From: a candidate division WOR-3 bacterium
Lineage (GTDB): Bacteria; SDB-A
Direction: 5' to 3'
Assembly: GCA_016934535.1 (NCBI GenBank)
Contig: JAFGSQ010000056.1
Span: 1-64,000 of the forward strand
Length of the DNA stretch: 64,000 nt
How positions within the stretch are numbered: the stretch's first letter is position 1; the number at the start of each line of letters is the position of its first letter. Positions 37,879 through 47,578 of the stretch are shown here, piece after piece. The notes beneath the pieces are model-generated. The model saw only the letters and a program-made list of their open reading frames with translations. It was not told where the DNA came from and searched no databases. The position numbers and the translations under genes were made by a program.

Positions 37879-39134
37879 AGAATGCGGGAATAATCCTCGT
37901 CGGAGATGAACTGCTCGACGGTAAAAAACCTGATAGAAACGGCCCCTTTATAGCATCTGAGCTGACAAGAGCAGGCTTTCAGGTTGTGTCGCTGACTGTG
38001 TGTCCTGACGACAAAAATAAAATCGAATCTTCACTCGGATTCGCTTTCGACAAGTCGGACATGGTTTTAGTAGCGGGAGGACTTGGACCGACAAGCGACG
38101 ACCTGACGCGTTTCGCGGCTTCGGAATATTTTGAGGCTGATCTCGTGACGGATGAAAATGCTTTGAATCACATATTGGGGTTTTTTGAAAAGCGTAAATT
38201 AAAGATGCCCCCCGAAAATGAAATTCAGGCAAAAATACCCCGGGGCGCTGAATTGTGGCTTAATCCGGCGGGAACCGCTTGCCCGTTTGTTATGAAAAAA
38301 AATGATTTGCCGGCAATATTTTTACCGGGAGTCCCGTCTGAAATTGAAGCAATATTTTCTTCTTTTCTCAGGGATTATTTGAGAAAAATATCGGGGGAAA
38401 GCGAGAAACAGAGTTTTCTAATTAGGACGTTCGGAATATCGGAATCTTCTCTGTACGCATTGATGTCTGAAAAAAGAAAGATCTTCGAATTGAGCAAAGT
38501 CGCGTTTTTGCCGCAGATCCCGGGAGTTGATGTGAGAATAGAAGAAAAATGCGGCACAGATTCTCTCAACGACGTCCGGGATGAAATAGTCAAATGCGCG
38601 GGAAAATGGATATGGAACATTGGTGAGAACAGCATTCAGCAGGTAGTATCGTCGATGCTTAAAGACCTGTCCCTGACAATTTCTGTGGCGGAAAGCTGTA
38701 CGGGAGGCTATATTTCCAATATGCTGACTGATGTGCCGGGTTCTTCGGATTATTTCAAAATGTCAATAGTCGCTTACGGAAATGATGTCAAAAAATTGAT
38801 TTTGGGAGTCGAAAAGGAAACACTTGAGAAAAATGGAAGTGTCAGCCCGGAGACAGCCGCCGGTATGGCGGAAAAAATCAGACTTCTCGCCGAAACAGAT
38901 ATTGGGCTTTCTTCGACGGGAATCGCCGGCCCGGGCGGAGGATCCGCCGAAAAACCTGTTGGCCTTCTTTACACTGCTGTCAGCTCGGCAAAAAATACAA
39001 AAACAGGGAAATTTTCAGGTTTTGACGACAGGCTGAAAAATAAAAAATGGTTCTCGTTTTTTGTCTTTGATTTTTTGAGGCGGTATTTGCTCGATAATTT
39101 CCCTTTTGACAGGGGCCGGTATTTTGATGCGTAA
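37875..39134 (+). CDS. cinA: CinA family protein (NMN deamidase domain)
   Basis: VGDELL, GGLGPTSDDLTR, LPGVPSE, AESCTGG, TGIAGPGGG. Confidence 0.94.
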   Translation: MKNAGIILVGDELLDGKKPDRNGPFIASELTRAGFQVVSLTVCPDDKNKIESSLGFAFDKSDMVLVAGGLGPTSDDLTRFAASEYFEADLVTDENALNHILGFFEKRKLKMPPENEIQAKIPRGAELWLNPAGTACPFVMKKNDLPAIFLPGVPSEIEAIFSSFLRDYLRKISGESEKQSFLIRTFGISESSLYALMSEKRKIFELSKVAFLPQIPGVDVRIEEKCGTDSLNDVRDEIVKCAGKWIWNIGENSIQQVVSSMLKDLSLTISVAESCTGGYISNMLTDVPGSSDYFKMSIVAYGNDVKKLILGVEKETLEKNGSVSPETAAGMAEKIRLLAETDIGLSSTGIAGPGGGSAEKPVGLLYTAVSSAKNTKTGKFSGFDDRLKNKKWFSFFVFDFLRRYLLDNFPFDRGRYFDA

Positions 39135-40200
39135 AATGAATTTGGTGGTATTGTACGGAGGGAGATCTACCGAGCACGAAGTGTCCATAGTCTCAGCCGA
39201 ATTCGTTCTCAGAGAGGCAGACAAAACTCTTTTCAACCCGCTTCCCGTTAAAATCGAAAAAGACGGAAGGTGGAAATTGACCCTGAAAAATCCGTTTTCC
39301 GGATCAAAAAAAACCGTCGAGGTTTTTCCGGTTCCGCATAAAAAGGGCGCCGCCTTGTATTTTTTTGACGGGACCAGGAAACCTTTAAAAATCGACGCCG
39401 TGTTTCCGGTTCTTCACGGTCCCCTCGGCGAAGACGGAACGGTTCAGGGGCTGTTCAGAATTTTGAACGTGCCCTATGTCGGTTCAGGCGTTCTCGGTTC
39501 GTCAATATCAATGGACAAAGAGGCGTCAAAAAAACTTCTCGAGCAAAGCCGGTTGCCGGTCTGCAAATATTTATCCTCGAACAAAATAGCTAAAAACAAA
39601 TTGTCTTTCGAACAAGCCAAAAAGGAACTTGGGTTACCCATGTTCGTAAAACCGTCCAATGCGGGGTCTTCAGTAGGTGTGGGTAAGATAAAAAACAGGA
39701 AAGATTTTATTGTCAAAACGAGGGAGGTTTTCAAGTACGGAGAAAAAGCGATTTACGAGGAATATGTCAGAGGAAGAGAAATAGAATGTGCGGTTCTCGG
39801 AAACGAAAATGCCGTCGCGTCAGTTCCGGGAGAGATAATAGTCAGAACCGAGTTTTATTCGTACGAAGCAAAATATATATTAAAAAACGCCGCCAAGATC
39901 ATATACCCGGCGGATATTTCCCCGGCAATTTCGAAGAAAATCCGCGTTTTAGCCGTAAAAGCATTTGAGGCGCTTTACTGCGAAGGAATGGCGAGAGTTG
40001 ATTTTTTTCTGAAAGAAGAAAAGATTTATATCAACGAGGTAAACACGATACCCGGTTTCACGTCGATAAGCATGTATCCTAAACTGTGGGAAGCGAGCGG
40101 AATAAAACCGACGGAACTCATAACGAGGCTGATCGAACTCGCGTGTCAAAGACACAAAAAGGAAAATTCGGTTTTGACCGAATTCAAAGCCGCAAAATGA
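39127..40200 (+). CDS. ddl: D-alanine--D-alanine ligase
   Basis: GGRSTEHEVS, LHGPLGEDG, VKPSNAGSSVG, FYSYEAKY, NEVNTIPGFT. Confidence 0.96.
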   Translation: MRKMNLVVLYGGRSTEHEVSIVSAEFVLREADKTLFNPLPVKIEKDGRWKLTLKNPFSGSKKTVEVFPVPHKKGAALYFFDGTRKPLKIDAVFPVLHGPLGEDGTVQGLFRILNVPYVGSGVLGSSISMDKEASKKLLEQSRLPVCKYLSSNKIAKNKLSFEQAKKELGLPMFVKPSNAGSSVGVGKIKNRKDFIVKTREVFKYGEKAIYEEYVRGREIECAVLGNENAVASVPGEIIVRTEFYSYEAKYILKNAAKIIYPADISPAISKKIRVLAVKAFEALYCEGMARVDFFLKEEKIYINEVNTIPGFTSISMYPKLWEASGIKPTELITRLIELACQRHKKENSVLTEFKAAK

Positions 40201-41180
40201 ACGCTAAATACTTTGTTTTGACGGGAGGAGCGGGATTTATAGGAAGCTGTGTGCTCTCGTATTTGAACGGGATGGGAAAAGATGACGTCATAGTCGTCGA
40301 CGATATGGGAAGAGGCGAAAAGTGGAGAAATTTGTCGGGTAAACGCTTTGAAGACTACATAAACAAGGAAGAATTCGCCGCGAAAATCGAAAAAGGAGTT
40401 TTTGACCGTGATGTCTGTTGCGTAGTACACATGGGAGCCTGCTCCTCGACGACAGAGACTGACGCAGAATACATGATGAACAACAACTATGCCTATACAA
40501 AAAAACTGGCGCAGTGGAGTGCGAAAAAAGGGATCCGATTCATATACGCCAGCAGCGGAGCCACTTACGGAGACGGATATCTGGGTTTCAGCGATGACGA
40601 CGAAAACACATTAAAATTGAAACCCCGCAACGTCTACGGTTTTTCAAAGGCCGCCTTCGACAATTGGGCTATTAAATCCGGTTTGGTCTCAAAAATCGCC
40701 GGGCTTAAATTTTTCAACGTTTTCGGACCTAACGAATATCACAAAGGCGACATGTCGAGTGTTGTGTATAAGTCATACCTGAGCGTAAAAGAAAAAGGCT
40801 TCATCGAGCTTTTTGAATCCGACAGCCGAAAATACGAAAACGGCATGCAGATGAGGGATTTCGTCTACGTAAAGAGTTGTCAGAAGATTATATGGTGGCT
40901 CATAGAAAACGAAAATGTCTGCGGTATATACAATGTCGGAACAGGAAAACCGAGGACCTGGAACGACCTGGCGAAGTCGGTTTTCGCGGCGACAGGAAAA
41001 AAAGAAGACATAAGATACAAGAAAATGCCGGAGCAATTGAAGGGCAAGTACCAGAATTTTACTTGCGCAGAAAATATTAAACTGAAAAGGGCCGGTTACA
41101 CTGAAAAATTTCCAGAGCTCGAAGACAGCGTGAAGGATTACGTAAAAAATTATCTCGAAAATGATTTTTCAGTCATCTGA
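40197..41180 (+). CDS. hldD: ADP-L-glycero-D-manno-heptose 6-epimerase
   Basis: TGGAGFIGS, HMGACSSTTE, YASSGATYG, YGFSK, FNVFGPNEYHKG; start re-set to the ATGA overlap at 40197. Confidence 0.95.
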   Translation: MNAKYFVLTGGAGFIGSCVLSYLNGMGKDDVIVVDDMGRGEKWRNLSGKRFEDYINKEEFAAKIEKGVFDRDVCCVVHMGACSSTTETDAEYMMNNNYAYTKKLAQWSAKKGIRFIYASSGATYGDGYLGFSDDDENTLKLKPRNVYGFSKAAFDNWAIKSGLVSKIAGLKFFNVFGPNEYHKGDMSSVVYKSYLSVKEKGFIELFESDSRKYENGMQMRDFVYVKSCQKIIWWLIENENVCGIYNVGTGKPRTWNDLAKSVFAATGKKEDIRYKKMPEQLKGKYQNFTCAENIKLKRAGYTEKFPELEDSVKDYVKNYLENDFSVI

Positions 41181-41934
41181 AAAAAATACGCACGACGGGA
41201 AAGACATGTCGTGGCTTTCAGAAAAAATGGAAGAGATCGAAAGTGTTACCCGCGGAGCCCACAAAAGGGGCTGGGCCGATTCAAAAGCAGGAAATTATTC
41301 TTTTGAAATCTCTGATGTACAGGCCAAAACGGATCTATTCAGGGACGTCAAAAAAATAAACGGCAGGGTCGGGTTTTTTCCTGAACTAAGCGATTCAGCG
41401 TTTCTGGTCAGCGCCGCTGGAGCGGATTTCGGAAAAGAAGTTTTTGAGCCCGCAGACGAGTTTATGCTCGTCCTGACGGGCAAAAACGGAGAAGTGAGTT
41501 TTGGAAGTTTTTCTGACTCCCTAACTGTTTTTCCAACTTCCGAGATTGAGAGTCATTTACTGGTTCACTCGGTTTTGAGAAATGTAAATTCAGAGCACAA
41601 AGCCGTTCTGCATTTGCACCCCCCTGAAATCGCGGCTCTTTCGGGCAAATATTTTCTCGAACCCTCGTCAAAGAACGCGATCGAAAAAGCCTTGAAAAAT
41701 TTTCTCGCTGTTCATCCGGCTGAAGAAAAAAAAGAAACTGCGTCGCCGTTTGTCGATTTTTTTCCCGCAGGTTCAAAAAGACTGGCCGAAGAGACGGCAA
41801 TAGTTTTCAGTGGATTTAATTTTGCCGCCTGGGCCGGCCACGGCGTAATATGTTCCGGCAAAGACCTCTATGAGGCGTTTAAAAGGATAGAGGTTTTGAA
41901 CCGTATTTCTGAAGATATCCTTAAATCCGTATAA
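41161..41934 (+). CDS. class II aldolase/adducin family protein (RhaD-like)
   Basis: GWADSKAGNYS, PTSEIESH, AVLHLHP, WAGHGV; start 41161 or 41206. Confidence 0.8.
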   Translation: MIFQSSEKNTHDGKDMSWLSEKMEEIESVTRGAHKRGWADSKAGNYSFEISDVQAKTDLFRDVKKINGRVGFFPELSDSAFLVSAAGADFGKEVFEPADEFMLVLTGKNGEVSFGSFSDSLTVFPTSEIESHLLVHSVLRNVNSEHKAVLHLHPPEIAALSGKYFLEPSSKNAIEKALKNFLAVHPAEEKKETASPFVDFFPAGSKRLAEETAIVFSGFNFAAWAGHGVICSGKDLYEAFKRIEVLNRISEDILKSV

Positions 41935-42024
41935 AATTTTTAAGGGACTTCGAGAAACGGATAAAAAACAGTAAAATGGAATATTTTCTATTTTTGAGGG
42001 GTATTACCTGAAAAAGGAGGAAAA

Positions 42025-43755
42025 ATGAAAGGCAAATTTTTGACGGCAGTTCTGGTTCCGGTCGTTTTGGCGTCTTTTTTCTGCACGCCTAAAGAAATAA
42101 TCAAGGAAAAAGTAGACGACTGGCAGTATTCCGTAGAATCTTATGATGAAGACGAAGAATACCTTAAAAGGTCTTTCGGAGGAGCGCAGATGTCACCGAC
42201 CGTGACTTACTCATCGGCTCCGATGGTATTAGAGAGTGCGGATGACGGGATCGGTTTTTCCGTCGGCGGCGCGAAGGACATAAACAATTTCAGGGAAAAC
42301 ATAGAGAATGGATACCTTCCGCTTCCGACCGACATAACCGTCGAGGGCATATATTATGATTATTTCTTCGAGACGGGACAGACAGAACCGTGCGAAGAGC
42401 TTTTCTGCCCGTCATACAGCAAAGCCGTTTCCATGGATCCTTTCACGGGCGAACCGGTGTACTATCTTTCTGTCGGACTCAATTCGGGAATGAAAGAGAG
42501 TGATTTTTCACGGAAAAAACTCAATCTCGTCGTCGTCATAGATATATCGGGATCCATGAGCTCTCCGTTCGACAGATATTATTACGACAGATTCGGCAGT
42601 CAGCAGGAGTCGCAGGACACGGCCGACTTTGACAAATCCAAAATGGAAATAGCCAACAGAGCTGTCGTCGAACTGCTGGATCATCTTGGACCTGATGACA
42701 GACTGGGAATAGTCCTCTTCGACGACAGAGGGTATCTCGCAAAACCTCTGAGAAGAGTCGACGAGACTGACATGGAGAGCATTAAGGGCCACGTTCTCGA
42801 AATAGAGCCCATGGGCGGAACGAACATGGAAGCAGGAATGTTTATTGCGTCAACACTTTACGACAGTCTCGAAAGCCTGGACAGAGACGAATACGAGAAC
42901 AGGGTGATATTTTTGACGGACGCCATGCCGAACACGGGTTCTACGGACGAGAACAGTCTTTTCGGAATGTTTGAAAAAAACTCAGAAAGAGGCGTCTTTA
43001 CAACCTTTATAGGAGTAGGGGTAGATCTCAACACAGAACTCGTCGAAATACTGACCAAGATCAAGGGAGCGAATTACTTCAGCGTTCATTCGCCGACGGC
43101 TTTCAAAGAACAGATGGACGACAATTTCGATTACATGGTGACTCCGCTCGTTTTCGACCTCGAACTCGTCCTCGAATCGGATGGTTACGAAATTGAAAAA
43201 GTTTACGGCTCTCCCGAAGCAAACCTTTCGACGGGCGAGATAATGAAAGTCAACACGCTTTTCCCCTCGAAAAGAGTTGAAGGAGAAACGAGAGGCGGTC
43301 TCGTTTTGCTGAGGCTTAAAAAAACGTCAGGTGACGCGAGAATTTCACTCGGTGTCTCTTACGAGGACAGAAACGGCGTCAAAGATGAGAATTCACAGAC
43401 GATTGAGTTCGGCGGATCGGAGACGGAATATTACGACAACAGCGGAATAAGAAAGGGAATACTTTTGGCGCGTTTTGTAGAACTCGTGAAAAGCTGGCTA
43501 ACCGATCAAAGGGCTGAGGGAGAATATCTTGCAGGACACCCCATGGTGTCCAGAAACACCGGCATAATTGTATACGACGAAAAAATACTGGAACTCGGAA
43601 GATGGGAAAGGCAATCCATGGGACTTGAGGTCTCGTCGCATTACACTGAACTATTTGAGGATTTTCACGATTACTTCATGAAAGAAGCTGAAGCCATAGG
43701 CGACACGGCGTTGTCAAGAGAACTCGATGTCCTCAAGAAACTGTCGGAAATGTAG
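42025..43755 (+). CDS. vWA domain-containing probable lipoprotein
   Basis: Signal peptide ending in Cys; MIDAS DISGSM; GGTNMEAG; FLTDAMPN. Confidence 0.85.
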   Translation: MKGKFLTAVLVPVVLASFFCTPKEIIKEKVDDWQYSVESYDEDEEYLKRSFGGAQMSPTVTYSSAPMVLESADDGIGFSVGGAKDINNFRENIENGYLPLPTDITVEGIYYDYFFETGQTEPCEELFCPSYSKAVSMDPFTGEPVYYLSVGLNSGMKESDFSRKKLNLVVVIDISGSMSSPFDRYYYDRFGSQQESQDTADFDKSKMEIANRAVVELLDHLGPDDRLGIVLFDDRGYLAKPLRRVDETDMESIKGHVLEIEPMGGTNMEAGMFIASTLYDSLESLDRDEYENRVIFLTDAMPNTGSTDENSLFGMFEKNSERGVFTTFIGVGVDLNTELVEILTKIKGANYFSVHSPTAFKEQMDDNFDYMVTPLVFDLELVLESDGYEIEKVYGSPEANLSTGEIMKVNTLFPSKRVEGETRGGLVLLRLKKTSGDARISLGVSYEDRNGVKDENSQTIEFGGSETEYYDNSGIRKGILLARFVELVKSWLTDQRAEGEYLAGHPMVSRNTGIIVYDEKILELGRWERQSMGLEVSSHYTELFEDFHDYFMKEAEAIGDTALSRELDVLKKLSEM

Positions 43756-43814
43756 AAAGACATCAAGAAAGCGGGGATTCTAAAGAAGGATTCCCTCGAT
43801 TAATTGAAAATGAA

Positions 43815-43840
43815 AGAGGGCGGGGATGAACCCGCCCTCT
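43815..43840. terminator. hairpin terminator between convergent genes
   Basis: AGAGGGCGGG-GATGAA-CCCGCCCTCT; U-rich tail on the minus strand. Confidence 0.75.
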
Positions 43841-43866
43841 CTTGGTTTAGCCCTAACTGTTTTGTA

Positions 43867-45906
43867 TCAGTATACTCTTGTGAATTTACCCGTGAAAACG
43901 TTGCCGTTGGAAGTTACTTTGTAGAAGTAAACGCCGCTGGATACATTTTCAGAATTCCACGAGAGGACCGAAGACTGGTTGACTGTTCCGGAGAAAGGAG
44001 TCGCCACGAGTCTTCCCGTCGCGTCAAATATCTCGAACTCGACCTGTGACGAAGAAGGAACCGTCACTGCGAGCCTTAATACATTGCCTACCTGGGCGAT
44101 CGATCTTACCGAGAAAGTCTCGGGATTGGCAATCGGATTTTCTTCGACTGCGTTGGGTATCCTTATAGTGACGTCGTCGATGTAGAATCCGGGGTAAGCC
44201 ACTGAGCCGTCAGATCCGAAATCCCACTGCAACCATATTGTCTGGCCGCCGTAAGTAGAAAGATCCATCGTGTACTGGTTCCATGCGTTCATTCCCGCTA
44301 CGTGACCCGTCCATATAGCCTGACCGTTGAGAGGATTCGAGGAATTCCCCGTTCCCGTATAGGCGGGCGCGACTCCGGTGAAAATATTGAAGGTCGTGCC
44401 GTCTGTCGAGATCTTCATGTTAGCGCCGTCGTAGCTGGCTTCTGAGTCCCACCACATCCAGAAATAACACTCAGATGCTGACATGTCAGCCGGAAGAGTT
44501 ATCCCGGGTGTAGTCAGCTGAGCGTTTGCAGAGTTGGGATAGTTGCCTGCCAGGACGGTCGCCCATACGTTGGATCCGCTATATGCCGCTCCGGGGCCTG
44601 AAGTCGGAGCGCCCCACTGCCATACACTCGCCGTTCCCGTGACCGTCATGTTTCCGCTGTCGGCTTCAAAGTCCTCGACGTAGAGGTCCTGGAACAACCA
44701 GGTGTGAAAATCTACGACGACCGTGTCGTTTGTCGTGACAGATCCGCCCGGATCGGTGACGAATGTCGCCGTGAAGTTGTGCCTGTACCACCAGGTCGTC
44801 CAGCTCGGGAAAGTGACCTGCTGTGAGTCTCCCGGGGCGAGGTTCGTGACCTGAACGGTCTGATCGTAAATCACTCCAGAAACGGATTCTTCAATAGTCA
44901 GGTCGACGTCAAATGTCTGAGGTCCGGAGCAGTAAGCACCCGCGAAGACCCAGCATTCGGGTGTGATAGCAGTCGCCGGAGGATATTGACCCTCGACGGG
45001 GACTACAACTCTCTGAATCCCGACATCGTTTATTGAAGGAGCGAGGCCGAGGGCGTAGACGAAATCCTGGTCACCCTGGCAGAATCCGATGAGACACGGA
45101 CCGAAACCGAGGAAATCCGGATAAAAATCGCCGCCGCCTGCCATATGATCTGTAAATCCAGCTGCGAAAGCAGGAATCGCGCAGTACAGGGTTTCCCTCG
45201 TCCATGTTCCCGTGTGATAATTGAGTCCGAACCACGTGCATTCCCAGCCGAGAGGGTTTGTCACCTGGCCGTGGTACCAAACTTTGTCTCCGTTGGGTAC
45301 AGAACCGGGAACAAATGCTGATCCGTAAACGGAGTAATCACCTGTTCCGCTCCATGGCGAGCCCGTCTTCTGGAATCTGCCCATCGATGTGCTGAAGTTG
45401 CCTGTCCAGAAAGTGTCGCCGGGAACCCAGGCTATTCCCCTGTTGGGGTTGGACTGTCCGGTGTAAGTGTTGACCTGAGTCATCGAAAAAGGCGACAGAC
45501 CCAGGACGTAGCCTCTGACGCCTGTTCCTGACTGGTCTCCGGCGTAAATGGTATCACCGGCGTCCCTGTCCATGTCTCTGTGTCCCCACGTTCCGGCGGC
45601 CTGGCCGGTTTGGGCGACGGAGCCGATGTAAGTTCCAGATACGTAATTAATCAAAAGAAAAACAGGCTGTGCTGTGTTCGCGTCGGTGATTATCATCAGA
45701 GAGTCGTCTATGACCTCTACACCGAGGAGTCTGTTGCTCGCGACACCGCCGAGACCCTCGATTACGAGAGACCAGACAAGCGGCATTTCAATTCCGTCTG
45801 TTGCCGGCATTGAGGGAATGTAGGGAGCGGCGTCTGTGTTCCCGCCTGCTGCGAACATTCCGGATGCGGCGAAAACCATCACCGCAAAGAACATGAGCGA
45901 CCTCAT
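43867..45906 (-). CDS. secreted multidomain protein with T9SS type A sorting domain
   Basis: SD GGAGG and ATG 45906; signal peptide; Ig-like and MAM/InhA-like modules (WQWGAPTSGP, SYDGAN, GFYIDDV); CTD AVEE..IFDATGRLV..SGVYFYKV..K. Confidence 0.85.
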   Translation of the reverse strand: MRSLMFFAVMVFAASGMFAAGGNTDAAPYIPSMPATDGIEMPLVWSLVIEGLGGVASNRLLGVEVIDDSLMIITDANTAQPVFLLINYVSGTYIGSVAQTGQAAGTWGHRDMDRDAGDTIYAGDQSGTGVRGYVLGLSPFSMTQVNTYTGQSNPNRGIAWVPGDTFWTGNFSTSMGRFQKTGSPWSGTGDYSVYGSAFVPGSVPNGDKVWYHGQVTNPLGWECTWFGLNYHTGTWTRETLYCAIPAFAAGFTDHMAGGGDFYPDFLGFGPCLIGFCQGDQDFVYALGLAPSINDVGIQRVVVPVEGQYPPATAITPECWVFAGAYCSGPQTFDVDLTIEESVSGVIYDQTVQVTNLAPGDSQQVTFPSWTTWWYRHNFTATFVTDPGGSVTTNDTVVVDFHTWLFQDLYVEDFEADSGNMTVTGTASVWQWGAPTSGPGAAYSGSNVWATVLAGNYPNSANAQLTTPGITLPADMSASECYFWMWWDSEASYDGANMKISTDGTTFNIFTGVAPAYTGTGNSSNPLNGQAIWTGHVAGMNAWNQYTMDLSTYGGQTIWLQWDFGSDGSVAYPGFYIDDVTIRIPNAVEENPIANPETFSVRSIAQVGNVLRLAVTVPSSSQVEFEIFDATGRLVATPFSGTVNQSSVLSWNSENVSSGVYFYKVTSNGNVFTGKFTRVY

Positions 45907-46016
45907 AGTTCCTCCTTGTTTAAAATTGTTCAATCGTGCCATAGCACATTTCACTTATGACAAATTGTCAGTCAGGTAAAGAACATCTGTCAAGAGCAAA
46001 TTTATTTTTTGCGGGA

Positions 46017-46046
46017 TTGTCAAAAAGTTTTTATTACTGTTATACT
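46017..46046 (+). promoter_or_regulatory. promoter for the SSS gene (probably leaderless)
   Basis: TTGTCA, 18 nt spacer, TGnTATACT, then ATG 8 nt later. Confidence 0.5.
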
Positions 46047-46054
46047 CTGGAATC

Positions 46055-47578
46055 ATGATTTTAGACATTGCCGTGATAATTGTTTACTCGGCAGCTGTAA
46101 TTGCCGTCGGTTATTTTGCCGGAAAAAAAGAATCTTCCGCCGAAGATTTCTTTTTAGCGGGAAGAGCCATGAAGTGGTGGGCCGTGACTATATCAGTATA
46201 TGCCACAGCTCTGTCGGCCATGACTTTTATTGGAGTTCCTGGCGCCGTAGTCGCCGCTGGAGGCGATTTTAACTATTTACAACTCGCTTTCGGAGACCTT
46301 TTCGCGAGATTTTTGGTTTCATTCGTCTTCCTGAAAGCGTTTTACGGCAGGAAAGTCATGACGCCGTATGAGTTTTTGGGACAAAGATTCGGCAGGATGA
46401 CGTGGTTTTCCTCATCCGCCATATACATCGTCAGCAGAGTGCTTGCAAGCTCCGTCAGATTAGCCGCTTGTGCTGTCGGCCTTTCCGTGATTTTCGGGAT
46501 CTCTTTCGGTTCTTCTGTTTTTTACGTTTGTTCAGTCGCTCTTTTGTACACGGCTTTTGGCGGAATAAAAGCGGTTATATGGACCGACATTTTTCAGTTC
46601 GTTCTGTTTATCGCCTCGGCTGTTTTTGCCGCTGTGTTCATATTCAGATCAATGCCGGGAGGTTTCGGCGAGTTTCTTTCCGTCGGTTTTGAAGCGGGAA
46701 AATTCACCGTTTTCCACATTTCATTCGACTCCTCTTCACCGGATTTTGTTCTGAATTTTGCAAATTCCAAGTCCTTTCTGGCGGGTTCTCTTTTCGGTTT
46801 TTTCACTACTTTGGCCGTAATGGGCACAGACCATGACTTTGTGCAGAGAACTCTGACGTGCAAAAATCTTAACGAAGGAAGAAAAGCGCTCATATATTCC
46901 GCCGTACTGAATTTTCCCGTGACACTTTTGTTTTTAACAGTCGGTGCGGCACTTTTTGCGTATTACAGAGTCTTTCCTCACGACGCTACAGTCACCGGAT
47001 ATCTGGTTGATAATCCTGATTACGTTTTTCCGTATTTTATTAAAACAGTCTTGCCTCCCGGAGCCCGTGGACTTCTTATAGCCGGGCTTTTAGCCGCGGC
47101 GATGTCTTCGATAGATTCTTCGGCCAATTCTCTCGCTTCTTCTTTTTACAGGGACTTTTTGAAAAATTTGTTTACAATTCCGGAAAAGAGGTCCGTATTT
47201 CTTTCAAGATTCCTGGTCCTGGTATTCGTGCTGGTACTCGGTGTTGTGGCCGTATTTTTCGGAAAAACACAGTCCGTTCTTTGGCTGGGATTCAAGGTTT
47301 TCGGTTATTCCTACGGAGCTCTGCTTGGAGTCACTCTCGCAGGCATTGCGACGAAAAAAAGGGGGATAGATATAGCGAGCACAATCGCAATGCTTTCAAG
47401 CATTTTGGTTGTCACGTTTCTTACAAGTGACGGCGTCGGAATTCTGGAGCCGTTCAGATCTTTTGTTTTAAAGCCGTTAGGCGTTAAATGCGTCGCCTGG
47501 ACATGGTCAATAATCATCGGTACGGCCTGGACTTTCCTTATGACGATAGCCTTTCGAAGCAGGGTGAAAAGTAAATGA
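46055..47578 (+). CDS. sodium:solute symporter family transporter
   Basis: DFFLAGR, ATALSAMTFIGVPG, GGIKAVIWTD, QRTL, AAAMSSIDS. Confidence 0.93.
   Translation: MILDIAVIIVYSAAVIAVGYFAGKKESSAEDFFLAGRAMKWWAVTISVYATALSAMTFIGVPGAVVAAGGDFNYLQLAFGDLFARFLVSFVFLKAFYGRKVMTPYEFLGQRFGRMTWFSSSAIYIVSRVLASSVRLAACAVGLSVIFGISFGSSVFYVCSVALLYTAFGGIKAVIWTDIFQFVLFIASAVFAAVFIFRSMPGGFGEFLSVGFEAGKFTVFHISFDSSSPDFVLNFANSKSFLAGSLFGFFTTLAVMGTDHDFVQRTLTCKNLNEGRKALIYSAVLNFPVTLLFLTVGAALFAYYRVFPHDATVTGYLVDNPDYVFPYFIKTVLPPGARGLLIAGLLAAAMSSIDSSANSLASSFYRDFLKNLFTIPEKRSVFLSRFLVLVFVLVLGVVAVFFGKTQSVLWLGFKVFGYSYGALLGVTLAGIATKKRGIDIASTIAMLSSILVVTFLTSDGVGILEPFRSFVLKPLGVKCVAWTWSIIIGTAWTFLMTIAFRSRVKSK

Noticed and set aside
40086-40196. 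Extended hldD start (likewise rseP 36436, ddl 39106, MTase 60495)
   Set aside because: Short stop-start overlaps give better starts
39127-40200. VanA-type D-Ala-D-Lac ligase
   Set aside because: The omega loop FYSYEAKY is the D-Ala-D-Ala type and no van genes are nearby
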